Source of the DNA: a virus
Taxonomy: Duplodnaviria > Caudoviricetes
DNA length: 64,000 nt
Virus record (IMG/VR): IMGVR_UViG_3300029288_000006
Coordinates: 1-64,000 of that record
Strand: one strand, 5' to 3'
Shown: positions 46,751 to 55,715 of the stretch, piece by piece
Numbering within the stretch: position 1 is the first letter of the stretch
Layout: each line of letters starts with the position of its first letter
Made by a program: the position numbers and the translations under genes
Notes under the pieces: model-generated
Databases searched by the model: none
What the model saw: the letters and a program-made list of their open reading frames with translations, nothing else
What the model was told of the DNA's origin: nothing

Positions 46751-47028
46751 TATCTTACCCCTACCGTATCTAGAGTACCGACATAAAGTGTATCTTGTGC
46801 TCCGATAATATTTGTTGTCACCCATCTATACTGGCTCATACCATCCGATCTTTCAATCTCTCTTTGCATGATTTCTCCCCGCTTCCTTACCAGTTCCATT
46901 TGTTCTCGCGTGACCTTCCATTTTTCTTCTTCCGCGCTATAATCATACTGATACCACAATATTGAAATCCACAATACAATTATCACAGAAATTACAGCGG
47001 GTATAATCCAATCTCTTTCACCTGACAT
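46750..47028 (-). CDS. Membrane-anchored protein
   Basis: N-terminal TM; C-terminal DTL and DTV sequons. Confidence 0.55.
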   Translation of the reverse strand: MSGERDWIIPAVISVIIVLWISILWYQYDYSAEEEKWKVTREQMELVRKRGEIMQREIERSDGMSQYRWVTTNIIGAQDTLYVGTLDTVGVR

Positions 47029-47240
47029 ATCATTTTCCTCTCTTACGCACTCCTTACCATATCCTGAGTTGAAATATGAACCTAAAGGGGAACAATATTA
47101 TTCCCATGAGTGTTGGCTGTTGTGATGTATGGTCGAACGGGCCAATACCTATATATGCAGCACTGGCAACGACCCATAGAACTACACAGCATATTAAATA
47201 AATGCCAATTCCTATGATTGCTTTCTTAATGACTTCCATC

Positions 47241-47741
47241 TCACTTTCCTTCCTTTTCGAGTTCGGCGCGGGCTTGGGTGATATATTCCATATCCCACAT
47301 AAATGTACGACCACTGGCTTCATTCGCTTTTCTTAAAGCAGCCTTTAATACAAGTTCGAAGTGTTGAGATTGGTTGTGTTTCTCAACCGCCTCATCCCGC
47401 TCGGCTTCCATTAACCCAAGTTTGCGACCTATTGTTCCAATTTCGCGTATTGTCTCATCACGCTCAGCCCGAAGTCTTACAATGATCGCCCCTGCATCTT
47501 CAACAGCCTTATCTGTTCCGTGCTTGCCCTGATAGTGACCACCGTCTCTGTGTATGTTGGCGAGGAGTTCACCCAAGTGAAGTTCCGCTTTCTTTGCGCG
47601 CTCGGTCTGCGCACTACACTCAGATTCGATGGTCTCGATGGTGGTACGGAGCCGATCAACGCACCCATCAATCTCGTCGGGATGTGCAATATGACCGATA
47701 AAATGTTCTATGATCTCAAACTCATTCATCAGCTCGCTCAT
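47241..47741 (-). CDS. Ead/Ea22-like coiled-coil phage protein
   Basis: ELLANIHRDGGHY motif; coiled coil. Confidence 0.5.
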   Translation of the reverse strand: MSELMNEFEIIEHFIGHIAHPDEIDGCVDRLRTTIETIESECSAQTERAKKAELHLGELLANIHRDGGHYQGKHGTDKAVEDAGAIIVRLRAERDETIREIGTIGRKLGLMEAERDEAVEKHNQSQHFELVLKAALRKANEASGRTFMWDMEYITQARAELEKEGK

Positions 47742-48052
47742 GGTTTCCTCTCTATACTTCGGGCACTGTCAAACCCATCTGGGTATCGCTCGCGCAGTTT
47801 TTTGACATTCATCTCAGCAATTTCGTCGAGAGTGAGGTTTATTGCTTTCGCCGCCTGTGCGAGATACCAAAGCACATCTCCGAGTTCATGAGCTATCTTG
47901 TCTTTTGAAAGTTCATGTCCCTGTGCTGCCCACTTCTTGATATGGTCTGCGATTTCACCGCTTTCACCACATAATCCCAAAGAGCACACAATGATTGATA
48001 CATCAGGCGAGGAGGTGCGATTTGTTTCTGATTGATATTCGTTAAATGTCAT
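47738..48052 (-). CDS. mazG: MazG-like nucleotide pyrophosphohydrolase
   Basis: MTFNEYQ, LGLCGESGE, ELGDVLWY, N..KL.ERYPDGF. Confidence 0.9.
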   Translation of the reverse strand: MTFNEYQSETNRTSSPDVSIIVCSLGLCGESGEIADHIKKWAAQGHELSKDKIAHELGDVLWYLAQAAKAINLTLDEIAEMNVKKLRERYPDGFDSARSIERKP

Positions 48053-48279
48053 GGTTTCCTCATTTCCCCACATGGAGCGTTGTCGAATGGAACCTCTGGA
48101 TACACATGACCAACATAGATTGTTCTAAACCAACGTATCACAAAATTGGGTTGAGGTGGAAAACGGACACACCAACCATATGCACTATCAAGCATTTGAT
48201 AATACTTACAACTTTCACAACAATTACCTTTTTGTCCCTCTGGATACATTATCATGCTGATTCCCTCATTTCTTGTCAT
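48049..48279 (-). CDS. Small Cys-rich protein
   Basis: CESCKY..G.C.RFPP..P.V....CGE. Confidence 0.6.
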   Translation of the reverse strand: MTRNEGISMIMYPEGQKGNCCESCKYYQMLDSAYGWCVRFPPQPNFVIRWFRTIYVGHVYPEVPFDNAPCGEMRKP

Positions 48280-48994
48280 CGAAGGGTTTAATGGGGATGT
48301 GATTGTCCGCGCAGAATTTACGGATAACTGCTATCGTGTTTTCCTCATAGAATCTTTGCCATATCCCCGCAGGAAAATCCAGTCGTACAAAACCCTGCTT
48401 TCCCTCACTTGCGCTCACCTTTCCAACACCCGGAACATAAACAACCCACTTGTCTGGTTCTATTGGCGAAAGATTCTCGCGAGAAGTCCAATAACAGAAA
48501 TTATCATTATATCGTACTTTAATATTAAATTCGGTTTTGTGGTCATCTTCTATTATTGTAACATTTCCTGGGGTACGGTAACCCCCACCTGCACCTACCC
48601 CATCCCACCAACAAGTTTCTCCGACCTTTGGTTCCCACTTCGGGACGACGCGGAGAATCCAGACCGACCTTTGTGCACTATCCCAACCAAATGTAATTAC
48701 TGTACCATGAGTATAAGTACTTTCAGCTACATGCCACTCTTGTTTTGAAGCTGGAACGGTTCTATATTCACCAGTATATTCAAAGCGCAATCCTTTTGCT
48801 TCCTCGGTATGTTTGATGTCTGTCAATTCCCAAATTGGTAGATTACATGGCTCACCTGCGCAATGCTCCGGTTTGGGTGCTGGCTTGGTAGCCGGTCTCT
48901 GCCGTTCCGTATATACCTCATTCGCAATCCTTCTGATGCGCCTGTCAAGTCTCGATGTGGTGCTCATCTCATTTCTCCTTTCACCTGTTCCCAT
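48266..48994 (-). CDS. Hypothetical protein, paralogue of 48964-49794
   Basis: GEPCNLPI and WILR.VP..WEPKVG shared. Confidence 0.7.
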   Translation of the reverse strand: MGTGERRNEMSTTSRLDRRIRRIANEVYTERQRPATKPAPKPEHCAGEPCNLPIWELTDIKHTEEAKGLRFEYTGEYRTVPASKQEWHVAESTYTHGTVITFGWDSAQRSVWILRVVPKWEPKVGETCWWDGVGAGGGYRTPGNVTIIEDDHKTEFNIKVRYNDNFCYWTSRENLSPIEPDKWVVYVPGVGKVSASEGKQGFVRLDFPAGIWQRFYEENTIAVIRKFCADNHIPIKPFDDKK

Positions 48995-49794
48995 GCCCCA
49001 AACGGCAATATAGGAACCTTGCCTTCGAGGACGGAGCGGATGAGATTGTATTCAAGATGTACTGTGTAATAAGTCATACCCCCGTCTGGGTAAACAATTA
49101 CCAAGTCACCATCGTCATCCTCATGCGCCAGCAACATCATCCCCGCGACTTCCCCATAGCAGTCATCGAGGGTGAGACGACGGAGATAATTTGGCATAAT
49201 CGCAGTTACTACATTATTCATAAAACGTACACATATTGCTCCTTCTCGCAGTTCACTCTGGAATATCCCCACTGTTTTAGGGTCTACTATTACCGCAATA
49301 CCCTTAACGAATATATCTTCACACCATACCCACATCCCCACTTTCGGCTCCCATTCCGGCTTGATGGGAACGGCGCGGAGAATCCATGCTTTAGATGATG
49401 GATGATAGTCATCGTATATCGTGCGATAAACTGCACTATCATCCCCATTATTGGTTAAATCCCGTGACTTATAAAAAGTAGTAGGATGGTCATATACAAA
49501 ATGATGTGTCTTTGCTAATTTTTGGCAACTATCGTGGATCGGCAAATTACATGGCTCGCCGTCGTAGTGTCGCCATGCCCGCTCCACTCGCTCCTGCTCC
49601 ATCTTCGCTTCGGGAGTCATGGGCATTGGTTCCGTTGTTATCCCTTCCGAGTACACTTCGGCTTCTGCCAATGCATTTGCAAGTTCAACTCGCGCAAATG
49701 CCAGCCCAACTTCCTTAACACGTGCATCAAATTCATTACAGATTGACTTTACTCGCTTAATCAAATTTGTTTCAATTCGCTTAGTCATATTCAT
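48964..49794 (-). CDS. Hypothetical protein, paralogue of 48266-48994
   Basis: GEPCNLPI and WILR.VP..WEPKVG shared. Confidence 0.7.
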   Translation of the reverse strand: MNMTKRIETNLIKRVKSICNEFDARVKEVGLAFARVELANALAEAEVYSEGITTEPMPMTPEAKMEQERVERAWRHYDGEPCNLPIHDSCQKLAKTHHFVYDHPTTFYKSRDLTNNGDDSAVYRTIYDDYHPSSKAWILRAVPIKPEWEPKVGMWVWCEDIFVKGIAVIVDPKTVGIFQSELREGAICVRFMNNVVTAIMPNYLRRLTLDDCYGEVAGMMLLAHEDDDGDLVIVYPDGGMTYYTVHLEYNLIRSVLEGKVPILPFGAWEQVKGEMR

Positions 49795-50059
49795 TCCAAT
49801 TCTTCCCCATCATTTATTGTTGGAAACATTGACTTGTATGATCATTTCCAGACTTGTAACATTAATTTATCGTAACTATACTTTTCATACTCTTCCCACG
49901 GTTGTCTCCAATAATTTATACGGCCACTGTTTATTATTTTTCTTACCCTTTTATCTGTAATTTCAATAGCATGTGTGAAATTTTTGTCTACAAGATTGTT
50001 CCTAATCCACATGATAATTGTGCACAGCAATGCGGTTATAAAGAAACACTTTGTAATTA

Positions 50060-50368
50060 TCATTTCAACTCCTCCCTTGCGGCTTTCATGGCCGCGTCTT
50101 TGCGAGCGGTGATGCAGATAGTACCATCGGAGGGACGATATTCGCATTCATTGCATCCCAGGTCATTATGATGCAAGCATAATTGTGGAGCCATTAACTC
50201 TGCCAGCTTCTCCATCGCCTTGTCGCGGACGGCGAGTTCATCTTTTAGGTTTCCGGCGAGATTAGCGAGCCTGTCACGGATGGTGCTTAGCCTACCATGA
50301 GCAGTATGATAGTAATCGCTATTCAACATACTATCTATCGCTGCCAGTACAAATGTTTCGTCGGTCAT
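50060..50368 (-). CDS. Hypothetical protein
   Basis: ORF in operon; C-terminal Cys cluster. Confidence 0.5.
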   Translation of the reverse strand: MTDETFVLAAIDSMLNSDYYHTAHGRLSTIRDRLANLAGNLKDELAVRDKAMEKLAELMAPQLCLHHNDLGCNECEYRPSDGTICITARKDAAMKAAREELK

Positions 50369-50559
50369 CTTCTCTTCCTATCTTATTATAATAAAAGCGC
50401 ATTGCACAATCTGACACACCAACAGAAGTGCAGATACAACAGCGATAACGGTAACATTCTTGTCTAAATCCCTCACGTATCCCAATATCTCCCGCAGTTG
50501 AAATTGTTCCTTTGAATCCACATCTGAGTCCTGTGTGATGGTCATTTTCATTCTCCTTT

Positions 50560-50654
50560 TGGTGAGCGCGGGCAGGCGGGCTAACATCTGATACAGACCC
50601 TTCGACAGACATCAGATGCCGGGCTCTATTCGGCTTTTGACCTACACCGCGCTC
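50560..50654 (-). ncRNA. Structured RNA with acceptor-like stem ending in ACCA
   Basis: 5' GAGCGCGG pairs with CCGCGCTC-A-CCA 3'; internal 9-bp stem GCATCTGAT/ATCAGATGT. Confidence 0.5.
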
Positions 50655-50673
50655 ATTTCGTTCCGGGTTTCGT

Positions 50674-50928
50674 TTAAAACAGAATCTCTCTCAGTTCCGC
50701 AATTATCTTGTGAAGTTCCTCGTTGATGTTGTTAATTGCGCCAGGAGTTTCATTAAGAACCGTCATTACCGAAGGTATTTCTTCAGTTCCTGGTTTATTA
50801 CATTCAACACAGGGTACTACTCCCCTGAGTTCTCTGATGAGTTCTTGAAACTGAGTAGTGGTTCTGCCCAAAGACTTGACTGAATTAAACAATACAAGAG
50901 CCTTAGATTCGCGAGATGCTGCTTCCAT
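50674..50928 (-). CDS. Hypothetical protein
   Basis: GGGAG RBS; lies between two RNA elements. Confidence 0.5.
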   Translation of the reverse strand: MEAASRESKALVLFNSVKSLGRTTTQFQELIRELRGVVPCVECNKPGTEEIPSVMTVLNETPGAINNINEELHKIIAELREILF

Positions 50929-50947
50929 ATTAGTCTCCCTTCATTAG

Positions 50948-51021
50948 TGACTCCGGAGGGACTCGAACCATCAATCACAGAATTGAAAGTCCCGTGGCTT
51001 AACCAATTCGCCTACGGAGTC
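50948..51021 (-). tRNA. tRNA-Glu(TTC)
   Basis: GACTCCG/CGGAGTC acceptor stem; D arm GGCGAATTGGTTAAGCC; anticodon loop CT-TTC-AA; T loop TTCGAGT; CCA not encoded. Confidence 0.85.
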
Positions 51022-51040
51022 TAGATTATAACCACCAAAA

Positions 51041-51337
51041 TTATTTTATTATTCTACTCACTTTTGGATTTTTTATATTAATCATATTATCTTCTAATTT
51101 TTTTACTCGTTTCTTGACATCTGCCAGCTCTCTCGCTTGTGAACATGCCATCGAATCAATATAAGCTGGAGACGCAGATGACAATAACAATCCAAGTCTT
51201 ATGCGTTCTTGTTGTAATTTAAAATTCTCAGTATATAGATTTTGTATGGTTATAGTTCTGGATATAGTTAATGTAAGAAAAAACAACGCAAAACATATTA
51301 ATACGGAAATAATCCAAAATCTATTAATACATCTCAT
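51041..51337 (-). CDS. Membrane-anchored coiled-coil protein
   Basis: N-terminal TM followed by a coiled coil. Confidence 0.55.
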   Translation of the reverse strand: MRCINRFWIISVLICFALFFLTLTISRTITIQNLYTENFKLQQERIRLGLLLSSASPAYIDSMACSQARELADVKKRVKKLEDNMINIKNPKVSRIIK

Positions 51338-51361
51338 ATAATATATTCTCCTGATTATTTA

Positions 51362-51616
51362 TTATTTTGGGATTATTACGTACCCATGTTTATGCATCTC
51401 ACTCCATAATTCGGTGGGCATATGTATTAAAGAATATGATTCAAATAAATTACCTATATGGATTGGACATTCCTCACCACATCTCGAACAGTACTTTATT
51501 GTAGCATAATAATCTTCTGCTACAATGCCCCATTTAATGACTGGTTTTCTAACAATAACACTTTTTAACTTCCACTTATGACCATATTTCTTGCAAATCC
51601 ACATCCATAAATTCAC
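51362..51616 (-). CDS. DUF1660-like small zinc-binding protein
   Basis: C...GHKW..CSRCG. Confidence 0.5.
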   Translation of the reverse strand: MNLWMWICKKYGHKWKLKSVIVRKPVIKWGIVAEDYYATIKYCSRCGEECPIHIGNLFESYSLIHMPTELWSEMHKHGYVIIPK

Positions 51617-51628
51617 GTAGCATTCCCC

Positions 51629-51910
51629 CTAGATTTTTGGTTTAACCAATTCACCTTTAATTTTCATTATAGCCAATCCAAGTCCCATGATATACCTATC
51701 GCTAATTGGTAGATTATTTATTAATCTGTCTAATGTTTCTGCACACACCTCACCCAACCTATTACCTTCAATTGCGCATGACGCAAATGATTCCCGCAAT
51801 ATTAAAAGTTCTCCATATGGTATACTTGATATATACTCCAATGCATAAAAATATGCCGGATGTGGTTCTCCTGAAACCAACTCACCTCGTTTATTCGTAT
51901 TCCCATCCAT
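51629..51910 (-). CDS. Conserved phage protein
   Basis: GEPHPA..ESFASCAIEGNR..SDRY. Confidence 0.55.
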   Translation of the reverse strand: MDGNTNKRGELVSGEPHPAYFYALEYISSIPYGELLILRESFASCAIEGNRLGEVCAETLDRLINNLPISDRYIMGLGLAIMKIKGELVKPKI

Positions 51911-52104
51911 AGTTCTACCTTTTCCCTATCTTTTTTAACGCCTTTTTTATATCGCTTGTAATGGATTTGTCAAATATTATTCTATTTCCATCAATAATAA
52001 TATCTGGGAATAATTGCTTGAGTTTACTTCTGATTACACTATCACCCACGTCAATTCTAATTAAATTCTTACCTATATACACATATTCTATTTCCATTTA
52101 ATAC

Positions 52105-52866
52105 TCAGAATGTAATATTATCTAATGGTTCATCCGGCAAACCTGTTGTCCTGGAATATCTAGAATTTATAGTACGGTATGATGAAGTTAAACTGATATT
52201 ATTGGGTTCTACCCGATAACTATACCCAGATAGTTCAGCGATTTGATCACTAACATCAGTAATATTAACATTAGTAACACTAACATTATTAACATTATCA
52301 CTACCAACACCACCTGAATTCCTTGTATCATTGAGAATTTTTTCTACCGCCGTCTCACTCATACTATTAACAAAATCATATACCTGTTGTGGAGTGGCTG
52401 GTAGAATTATTCCCTTTTTATTAGTTATAAAATTTCCATAACATGCTTCAAAATCATCGCGCAAAGTACATCCAGACGAACAAAATATTGGGTCTGTAGT
52501 TTCTCTTTGCGAAGTAATCAACACTGGAACATGCAATGGATAGTTATGACCCCAATGGTTAGCTAATACTTCCACCAATGATAAAATTGGGAATTTTACA
52601 TTAGTTACCATATCAATAGACAATCCAGAATCATTACTTTTTACTTCTGGTTTAGCAATATTTAACAAATTATCACACAGTTGTTTCATTTGAGATATAA
52701 CATGAAATGGTGTGTTATCCTCGTCATAAGTACTATTAACAAAATCTATATACGCTTGCCTGTATTCCATATCAAAAATCAAACGCGGATCATAATTGTT
52801 AATATCCGCAAATTTCCTAGACATTGATATAACTTTATCTCTTAATGTAGCATTCATCAAATTCAC
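52105..52866 (-). CDS. Hypothetical protein, paralogue of 53364-53876
   Basis: HNYPLHVPVL..GN..ILPATPQQVYDFVNSM. Confidence 0.6.
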   Translation of the reverse strand: MNLMNATLRDKVISMSRKFADINNYDPRLIFDMEYRQAYIDFVNSTYDEDNTPFHVISQMKQLCDNLLNIAKPEVKSNDSGLSIDMVTNVKFPILSLVEVLANHWGHNYPLHVPVLITSQRETTDPIFCSSGCTLRDDFEACYGNFITNKKGIILPATPQQVYDFVNSMSETAVEKILNDTRNSGGVGSDNVNNVSVTNVNITDVSDQIAELSGYSYRVEPNNISLTSSYRTINSRYSRTTGLPDEPLDNITF

Positions 52867-53114
52867 CTTTCATTTTTAATTGGGAATTATTTATTGTTTT
52901 TTATTTCCATTTGGTTTTATTGGTTCTGCTTTATTTTCGCTTATAGGTTTAACCACACCACACACTGAACATCTGGCATGATTAGAATGTGACGCACTTC
53001 TCTTTATTTGATTAAAAACCCGCATCCCCTTACCGTAAAGTCTATCTTGGAATTCATGTTCGCAAGAGCATCGCATAATCATAGAAAAATATCTCCTTTT
53101 ATTCTGATTATAAA

Positions 53115-53175
53115 TGAGCATGGTCAGGATTCAAACCTGTTAGTATCTCCAATGGATACCTTCACTCCATGCTCA
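53115..53175 (-). ncRNA. D-armless tRNA-like RNA (61 nt)
   Basis: TGAGCATGG/CCATGCTCA stem; hairpin GGTATC-CATTGGA-GATACT; T-like arm CAGG-TTTGAAT-CCTG. Confidence 0.55.
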
Positions 53176-53191
53176 CGATTATATATTAGAC

Positions 53192-53318
53192 AGGTACGGG
53201 TAGGATTTGATACCTACATGAAGAACTCGCTGGTGATTTACGCTATTAGTTATATTGACGAGTTTCGCGTCCCGTGGTTCTTCTACACCGTTGCGTCTGC
53301 CAATTTCGCCACCGTACC
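53192..53318 (-). ncRNA. Oversized tRNA-like RNA (127 nt) with Leu-type D arm
   Basis: GGTACGG/CCGTACC acceptor stem; TGGCGAAATTGGCAGACGC; T arm GTAGG-TATCAAAT-CCTAC; 75-nt central region. Confidence 0.7.
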
Positions 53319-53363
53319 TACCTAATATTATTTATTACTGGTTACAATTTTTACTAGGATACC

Positions 53364-53876
53364 TTATTCCAAAACCTCAACGCTCTTGACCGAAACGCCG
53401 AGTTTGGAAATGAGTTTGGAAATCTGCAACTGGCACATACTACCAACGAAATCCGCAATCTCAGCATCCTTAAGCAGTTTGATGTGCTTACGCCGGAATG
53501 TGAGATTGCCGTCGGTAGCAAGATTACCGGAACCGCCGAAAAACGCGAAAGTATTATTCTCTGGATCAATACATACCAGCGGTGTATTGACTGGATATGC
53601 ATGACGATCCATATGATCTTTTGCGGTCAGAACCGTACCCTTAACATATTTAAGGGTTGTGCTCCCATTCTCGACCAGACCGGTGATCGTACCCTCTGCC
53701 GAACCTGTGACTAACTCGAATGCACGAGCCATGATTTCCGCATCATCCCCACTCATATCCCCCAATACACTTGCGATCTCGGCATTGCGTTTGTTGATTG
53801 CTTCACCCGGAAAATAATCTTTTCTCACCTGATTCGTGGCGGTGGTGAGGAACGCCTTCAGAGCTTCGTTTCCCAT
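53364..53876 (-). CDS. Hypothetical protein with GC-richer codon usage
   Basis: GGGAG RBS; HAYPVNTPLV..GN..EIADFVGSM. Confidence 0.7.
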   Translation of the reverse strand: MGNEALKAFLTTATNQVRKDYFPGEAINKRNAEIASVLGDMSGDDAEIMARAFELVTGSAEGTITGLVENGSTTLKYVKGTVLTAKDHMDRHAYPVNTPLVCIDPENNTFAFFGGSGNLATDGNLTFRRKHIKLLKDAEIADFVGSMCQLQISKLISKLGVSVKSVEVLE

Positions 53877-54055
53877 TGAACTTCTCCCTACGTAGGATTA
53901 AGTAATAAAAGTAATATAAATCTAGAAAAGTTAATAGATGATATAAAACTAATGGTAAAATAAATAGGTAATTAGAGTTTACATAATACACCTGCCTTTC
54001 TTTACTACATGCAGGACGAAATTACACTTTTCTCATTTAAATGGAATTAATTTCC

Positions 54056-54670
54056 TCATTTATTAAATAATTCCCATGCATATTTAATAACTTCAAAGAT
54101 AAAATCATCGTTCATGGAAGTTGGGAGTGATCTATATTCAAATCCATATGGTTTTAATTCATAGAATCCGGGTTTACGCTTAGAATCTTTGATTATTTTT
54201 GAAAATTTCCCATCCATACCTATGATTATTGGAATAAAATCATAGAATGGATAAATAGTAATTGATTTGTCTTGGACAAATCTCTCTTCATTATGAGAAA
54301 AATGTACATGCATACCGGCGTGTTGAGATGCTAATGAATGAAACTCATGATGATATATATTCCTTTCGTCACTAATATTTTTACCATATCTACGCTGGAA
54401 TCCTCTCAACATTTTAGCTGGTATTTTCATGTGAGATTCAGATTTTAAAACCAATTGTTTATGTTCTCGAACATCTTGGATAATTGAGAAAACTCTCTTC
54501 TTCTCTGCAATATAAAATCCAAATGTTTCATATAAACTACTTCCGGGTTTGCATCTTAGTTCTGCTAAATATCCACATTCATCTTGTGGAATAGAATAAT
54601 CACTTGGAGAAACTATGCTATCATCTTTATCGAATAAAAAATACTCAACTTCAATTCCTATTTTGCGCAT
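54056..54670 (-). CDS. phiEco32-like COOH-NH2 ligase type 2 (compact)
   Basis: IGIEVEY, AELRCKP, AGMHVHFS, PGFYELKPYGFEYRSLP. Confidence 0.75.
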   Translation of the reverse strand: MRKIGIEVEYFLFDKDDSIVSPSDYSIPQDECGYLAELRCKPGSSLYETFGFYIAEKKRVFSIIQDVREHKQLVLKSESHMKIPAKMLRGFQRRYGKNISDERNIYHHEFHSLASQHAGMHVHFSHNEERFVQDKSITIYPFYDFIPIIIGMDGKFSKIIKDSKRKPGFYELKPYGFEYRSLPTSMNDDFIFEVIKYAWELFNK

Positions 54671-54905
54671 ATTATTATCCTTATTCCTCTAATATCACAT
54701 CGTTTTCTCTGAATGTTTGAGATGTTATGGTTCCATATCCAGTATCAAACTTATCTTCATTACCATCTTGTATGCTAGACTCCAGGGTTTTTTCAACCCA
54801 TGATTTTTCTCCTTCATATATTAATAGTCTGAATACTCGTATTCTCATGACATACTCCTTACAAACGTTACTCCGTTAGATTTTCTATTGCCTATGCTCC
54901 TACTC

Positions 54906-55199
54906 TTACTCTTTAAATACCATGTCTTTTACAAATCCCTCTTTGAATAATTTTCTCTTGCTACCAGCGAACACCTTCAAATACAACTCACCATCAACTT
55001 CCGTTAGTTCGTATTCATAGTCATAATAACCCCTGCCAACTCCATTAATTCTTTCGGCAAAATCACTAAGGGATTTACTCCCACGAGAATCATCAATAAT
55101 TTCATTACCGTAGCATGATGGATAACCATCTGCACTTGTTTCTGTAGAGGCCAATAAATTACCATGACAATCCAATACCTTTAATCTACCAGTTGTCAT
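54906..55199 (-). CDS. Conserved phage protein (DGYP motif)
   Basis: SADGYPS..G..DYEY. Confidence 0.5.
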   Translation of the reverse strand: MTTGRLKVLDCHGNLLASTETSADGYPSCYGNEIIDDSRGSKSLSDFAERINGVGRGYYDYEYELTEVDGELYLKVFAGSKRKLFKEGFVKDMVFKE

Positions 55200-55204
55200 A
55201 ACTT

Positions 55205-55591
55205 TTATTCTCCCCTCCCGAATATCGGTACATTGGAAATTACACCAGAAACACCACGATGACTCTCTTTTTTGCCCCTTCCCTTAACAACCTTATACTG
55301 TAATCCCCATATACTCCTGTCACTGTGAATCTTTCTTTTTAACCACTGATACCTATCATCGAAATGGTCTTTATATTCATCCAACAATAATTCTGTTATC
55401 TGACATGACTCCTTCTCTAGCTCAATTCTCACATTATATGGTAATGGCAATACCAGTTTACTCGCCCTAATCAACCTGTTAAATATGATCTGTTTTACCG
55501 CATCTACCATCTCCTGCGTAAGCTGAATCTGTTTCTTTTCTGGTTGGTATAATATTCCGGGTATTGTCTTGAACATAAAGATAACCCCCAC
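55205..55591 (-). CDS. Hypothetical protein
   Basis: ORF in operon. Confidence 0.45.
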   Translation of the reverse strand: MGVIFMFKTIPGILYQPEKKQIQLTQEMVDAVKQIIFNRLIRASKLVLPLPYNVRIELEKESCQITELLLDEYKDHFDDRYQWLKRKIHSDRSIWGLQYKVVKGRGKKESHRGVSGVISNVPIFGRGE

Positions 55592-55715
55592 AGTTAAACT
55601 TCAAATCATCCAGAATATCACCAATAATCTCAATGTCTGTCTGAAACATAGTCAAACTCTCCTGATTAAACTATTACACCGCGCGAATCTCCTCATAGCA
55701 TATTGGTTTATAATT

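Noticed and set aside
50560-50654. Y RNA
   Set aside because: No clear Ro-binding bulged helix and no Ro60/TROVE gene in the window
50948-51021. Opal suppressor or Sec tRNA (TCA within CTTTCAA) and stop-codon recoding
   Set aside because: The stem register gives anticodon TTC; long ORFs are intact in the standard code and all three stop codons are used
53192-53318. tmRNA or group I intron-containing tRNA
   Set aside because: Too short, has a full D stem, and shows no Ala acceptor identity, tag ORF or group I core
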